A stretch of 64,000 nucleotides of DNA, from the NCBI GenBank assembly GCA_026023565.1, contig JAPETS010000026.1, positions 1 through 64,000 of the forward strand, read 5' to 3'. Source of the stretch: Cirrosporium novae-zelandiae. Taxonomy: Eukaryota. The position numbers were made by a program, and so were the translations under genes. Shown in pieces: positions 59,656 through 64,000 of the stretch. The number at the start of each line of letters is the position of its first letter. Position 1 is the stretch's first letter. The notes under the pieces were generated by a model that searched no databases, had not been told where the DNA came from, and saw only the letters and a list, made by a program, of their open reading frames with translations.

Positions 59656-62600
59656 TCATTCTAGACTCGGTGCCTTCATTACACCCCGCCCAAAGAACTC
59701 TCCTATGGTTTGGAATTTATCATGGCTTGTATGTAGAGCTTCCTGGAACATATCATGCCTATCTGCGGATTCTTCTTGTGCCTTCCTGATTGCCCGGATC
59801 GTCGCATTCTGTCCTGCACATTGTGGACACTCCGCATTGTCGTCGAGGGAGTTAAGACATCGCTGGTGAAAGGAATGTTTGCAGAGAAAATGCACTATCG
59901 GTAGATCGAGATTACCCCCACATGCATTACATCTTCTTGCTTGGAAAACAACTGGTTTGGTGCCTATTTCATCAATCTCTTTTCGTTTGGTCTCGGTTTC
60001 GGCCCGGTAAGTCTCAATCAAACGCCGATTGGCCGATATCTCCTTTCTCTCTCTCTCGATGGTTCCCCCAAGATATCGTTTAACCATTCCCATTGTGACT
60101 ACTGCGTTGTGGCTTAGAGCCTGGATAATCTGCAATGGCGCCATTAAACCATCTTGGTCTATCTTCTTTAATACGGCCTCAAGCTCATCACCGGCTTCTT
60201 CTAATGCCTTCGGACTGGATGTGAAATATGATAATGCAAGTGGGTAAAGTTGAGGTTCCTCGGGTCCGTATTTTCTCAACGCTCTGATCGCGCCAGCGGT
60301 GTCCTTGGCAGATGTATACGATCGGAATATATCAAGACGTAGACCTTGCCTTTCACGGACTAGGATTGCGCCATCTTGAAAGTTAGATAGATGAGAGAGA
60401 AGAAGCACATTGGATGCATCAATGGGTATCTGCATTTCTGGTCAGCAATTCCTTTTTGGAAAGACAAAGTTCGAATTGGGATATCTTTACATCCTTGGTG
60501 TTAATCAATTTCTTAGCTTTTGCCTCCCACTCATCTTTCTCCGGGCTCCTTTTTCTGTTCGCAATCTCAAGATACATTTCAAACAGAGTCGTGTAAAGAT
60601 CGACTTTGTCTTCTTCCATAAGGCCATCGTCTTCCAAGCATGCTTCAAGAAACCGAATAAACTCGTAAGGATGATCAACAAACGAGGAAAAGGCAGTCCG
60701 TGGCTTGGGAACATCGTATTCCACAGGAAGATCACTCACTCCACTTTGGCTTCCATCTAACGGTTTCACGCCGGTACTTGGTGCAGATACAGGTTCGCTT
60801 CGGGTTCCCATATAGGGCAGAGGGAGGAAGCTTGCTAGGCTCTGGACAGCACTCATAGCGCCAGATTGAGCGGCTGGAGCAATAGGAATCACGAAATCTT
60901 TTTTGGGTCGGTATTTCCCAGTATAGTAGTTTATAAATATCTGCGTAGCATCATCTTGACAATGTTCTAGGAGAACCCGAGCATATTTCATGAGGTTGGG
61001 ATAGGCCTTGATATTTGTTAGAGATAAGATAACAAATAAAGTTTCGTTCACTGCTCACCAGCTCAGGATTCAGCCTCCAAATATACGCCAAGGCCTCAGC
61101 ATACTTTTTCGAATCCTCAATCAAGATATCAACAACTAAGCTGTGCTCTCCATGCTTTGTGGCAAGATATGCAGCTTGTTCATAATATCCACCCTGGCGA
61201 CACATACTAATAGCCGTATCAAGGTCGAACTTCAACTCACCAGGTGTCTTTATAAAGGACTCTAGTTTGTCTACATCCTTCAATTTGGCATAACAATTCA
61301 ATAGGAGGGTAGTATGATCCGGAGTTGCTTTTCCATGATCGTGCAACTCTTCTAAATATTCAATGAGATTATGCATGCGTTGTGTGTCCAAGTACTAAGT
61401 AATTGTTATCAGCTAAAATCAAATATTATCTAGATATAGGCTAAATTCCATAAAAGGAGAGGTTTTACTCACCTTGCGGATAACTTGAGAGGGCTCTGTA
61501 TTATCAATAGCCCTGAGATACTGTTGCATGGCTGTGTCAAAATCACCCTTTTGATAAAGGTAATCGCCATATTTCCGGTATATGACATTTTGTTGCAGTG
61601 CATCAATGCCCGCCTTTTGCGCAAGATTTATCGCGAGAACGTAAAGGTTACGTTGATATAGGATATCTAGTTTCTGGTCAAGGGGTTTCTCATGATATTG
61701 AAAGAGCTTGAAACGTTAGTGGGGGTCAATAAGATCAACTTAGGGAGCGAATAGCGTACTTTACCATCCACAGTTAAAAGAAAGAGGTCTTCTGAGAGCT
61801 CGAAAAGGGCCTTGACTTGCGAGACTAGCGTGTCAGAATGGGCCATGAACTTGAGATCAGTATCAAGAAGAACAAATCGTGAGGTAGTAAATAAATTATC
61901 AGTGCCAATACGACCAAATCCACGCATAGCACTAGATTTTGATACCCCGTTCACCTGGGGTGGTAGTACCACGCCCAAATAGTCCTTATGGCTCGCAACA
62001 AGTTTCTTGGGTCCATCAAAAGCATAGCATGGACCACGACCATTGGGTGCATAATAGTAGATTGCATCTTCCCTAGCAACAACAAGATCTCCGCTACTTT
62101 TGTCAATGGTCATACAGCCAACACCACATCCAGAACTGTCTAATGTTTTGGCTGGCTGACCTTGGCCTCTTCCAGATATTATAAAAGTGAGGATACGTGA
62201 TGTCGTGGCGATGTAAAGAGTCGTAATTACTCCCTGTCGAACCTCCAGCGCTGTGATAGGATCTTCGGATTCAAAAACCGTCCTTTGTTTTGTTCCTCTA
62301 TCATGAATGAGGTCACCTCTGATGACTGTAACCGCACCGTTGGCAAAGCCCACTGCTACTTGGGAAAGATCTTGAAGCGCAACAAAGGAAGAAACCTAAC
62401 CAAGTTACATTAGATGCCATTAAACAAGCATCGAATTTAATAGGCTTGACTGCTTACAGGAAATGGCTTCCGCCCATTTTGAACCAATAACCTTGAAAGG
62501 CACTTTGGAGCCCCAGTCTTCTTCTCTGCCTTGTCTAAAGCCCAGACCTGTAGTACTGGTTCACTCGTGGATGACGATGTTATGGCAAGTTGTGCTTCAG

Positions 62601-62917
62601 AAATAGTTATAAGAAAGGACGTGTCTTCAATCTGTTTCAGGTGTGTGATTGGTGCTTGCTCGCCGGTCTTAAAGGACCGTAACGCCTGGAAGGCCGGCGA
62701 TAAGATGTGTACAATGCCATCAGAACCACCCAGAAATAAATTCTCGGGCCCAGCGCATATATTTGTCAATTCATTGTTCTCAAAGAGGGATTGGCTTTCC
62801 TCCGCTGGCTTGATGGGCGAGAGGTCGAAGAAGTTGAAGCTTTTCCACTGGGACATTATTAGCTCTCAAGTTTCTTCTGGATGCACTTGAATGGTCTCAC
62901 ACCGAAGTTAAAGCCAT
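59656..62917 (-). CDS. VPS11: Vacuolar protein sorting protein VPS11/PEP5 (HOPS/CORVET core), multi-exon
   Basis: MALTS/WKSFNFFD, GFANGAVTVIRGDLIHDRG, DHTTLLLNCYAKLKD and a C-terminal RING-H2 CNACGGNLDLPIVHFLCKHSFHQRC...ECPQC...FFGRG. Confidence 0.96.
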
Positions 62918-63541
62918 GAGCAACTTTCTCTCTGATCCTCACTAGAGCCAGCTGTTTATGATGTCGTAGGTAAGCTTGAACCGAAAGCTCCAAGTTGGGT
63001 TTAGTTGAGGCCTCGGGCCTACAGCTCATATCCGGAAGTTGTTCTCTCCGAGATGCCGATTATCGTCACGTTGCGATAGTTGCCCTAAACTATCCAACTC
63101 CATTTCCTTCTACAAAGTATTTCAATCTTCTACATAATCAAATTCCCCTGTGAATTATTTTTAGGCAATGGATACTTTGCTGGGAAGTCGATCTACTTTT
63201 TATGTGCCAAAGCGCTAATACCTAGGTATCTACTTTTGTGTGAATTCTGTAAGCGCGCGGCGCACAGACTAAATCCGCGGCACTAGGCGCAAGGCAGCCA
63301 ATTCAACACAACAGAGAGCTCAAAGTTAAGAACCTAGCTTCTGCATTTTGGGACTGTAATACTACAGCCAAATGTAATCTGGTTGAGGTATTTCAAATTC
63401 ATGGAAATTCAGTTCTAGTTGGATTGCTTCCCAATTTCTGCGTGTTTTTTCTTTAGGGATTTCATCTCACATACATCCAAATAGCAATGTCTTGCCCTTG
63501 ATAAGATTAAGAAGAATGAAGTTATAAACGAAAACTTCAAC

Positions 63542-64000
63542 ATGGAGATTTCGCTACCACATAATGACATGTTTGACTTGGACATGCTACGATCTCTCGA
63601 AATTAATAACAAGACTTCCAAAAGAGCTCAGCCTGGGAAATCACTAATATCCCAGAATAATCGGAAACTCAAGCGGCCTCAAAGGCCTTCCCCATTTCAT
63701 GTTGCTCTGTCTTCTGCTCTCTCAACCTTACCGCCGAATATATTTTCAGTACCTGAAATTACTGACTCGGCTTTTATATCTGACCCAACAACCCCTAAAT
63801 CCTATACTATATATTCTCCACTTCTTCTATTTCCTACCGGATCATTCTCCTCACCCCAATGGCAGCGTCTACTGAACTTCCTCAAAAGCGACAGGATAAG
63901 GAATAATGAGTTCTGGGAAGCTGTTGCAAAAGGAATGCGTGTAAGCCATCTGGCTATCAATGCCCCTATCCCTGTTGCAGACGCAGAAAGTCACATGGAC
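63542..64000 (+). CDS. TYW2: 5' part of tRNA wybutosine-synthesizing protein 2 (TYW2/TRM12-like); runs off the window end
   Basis: Open frame from ATG 63542 to the window end, not in the ORF track. PKSYTIYSPLLLFPTGSFSSPQW...EFWEAVAKGMRVSHLAINAPIP resembles the fungal Tyw2 N-terminal region from memory; the catalytic domain lies outside the window. Confidence 0.65.
   Translation, partial: MEISLPHNDMFDLDMLRSLEINNKTSKRAQPGKSLISQNNRKLKRPQRPSPFHVALSSALSTLPPNIFSVPEITDSAFISDPTTPKSYTIYSPLLLFPTGSFSSPQWQRLLNFLKSDRIRNNEFWEAVAKGMRVSHLAINAPIPVADAESHMD

Overview
Left end of a filamentous ascomycete (Pezizomycotina) chromosome. It begins with about 21 CCCTAA telomere repeats. The genes have short GT-AG introns, so most models below were spliced by hand from the ORF track. 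The first ~20 kb is accessory-like. It holds two MFS sugar porters, a hidden spliced tandem-CCCH zinc-finger gene, four copies of a ~180-bp foldback (MITE-like) element, several gene relics and a spaced-repeat block. It also holds a compact three-gene module: sugar porter <- shared promoter -> YFH7/YggC/FrcK-like P-loop kinase, followed by a close Gal4/Lac9-type regulator. The shared promoter carries two perfect CGG-N11-CCG Gal4 sites and several CreA-type sites. This is the best candidate for an undescribed system, a Gal4-controlled non-Leloir sugar or polyol uptake and phosphorylation unit. The rest is mostly conserved genes: TCAB1/SWT21-like WD40, TYW1, MCM6, con-10, ModF-like ABC ATPase, NYV1/VAMP7, a conserved hypothetical, ACR-2/SfgA-like TF, alpha-arrestin, HEI10, XAP5/FAM50, TTC1-like, an AT-hook protein, VPS11 and the 5' part of TYW2. 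All identifications come from recalled motif and family resemblance; no database search was run.
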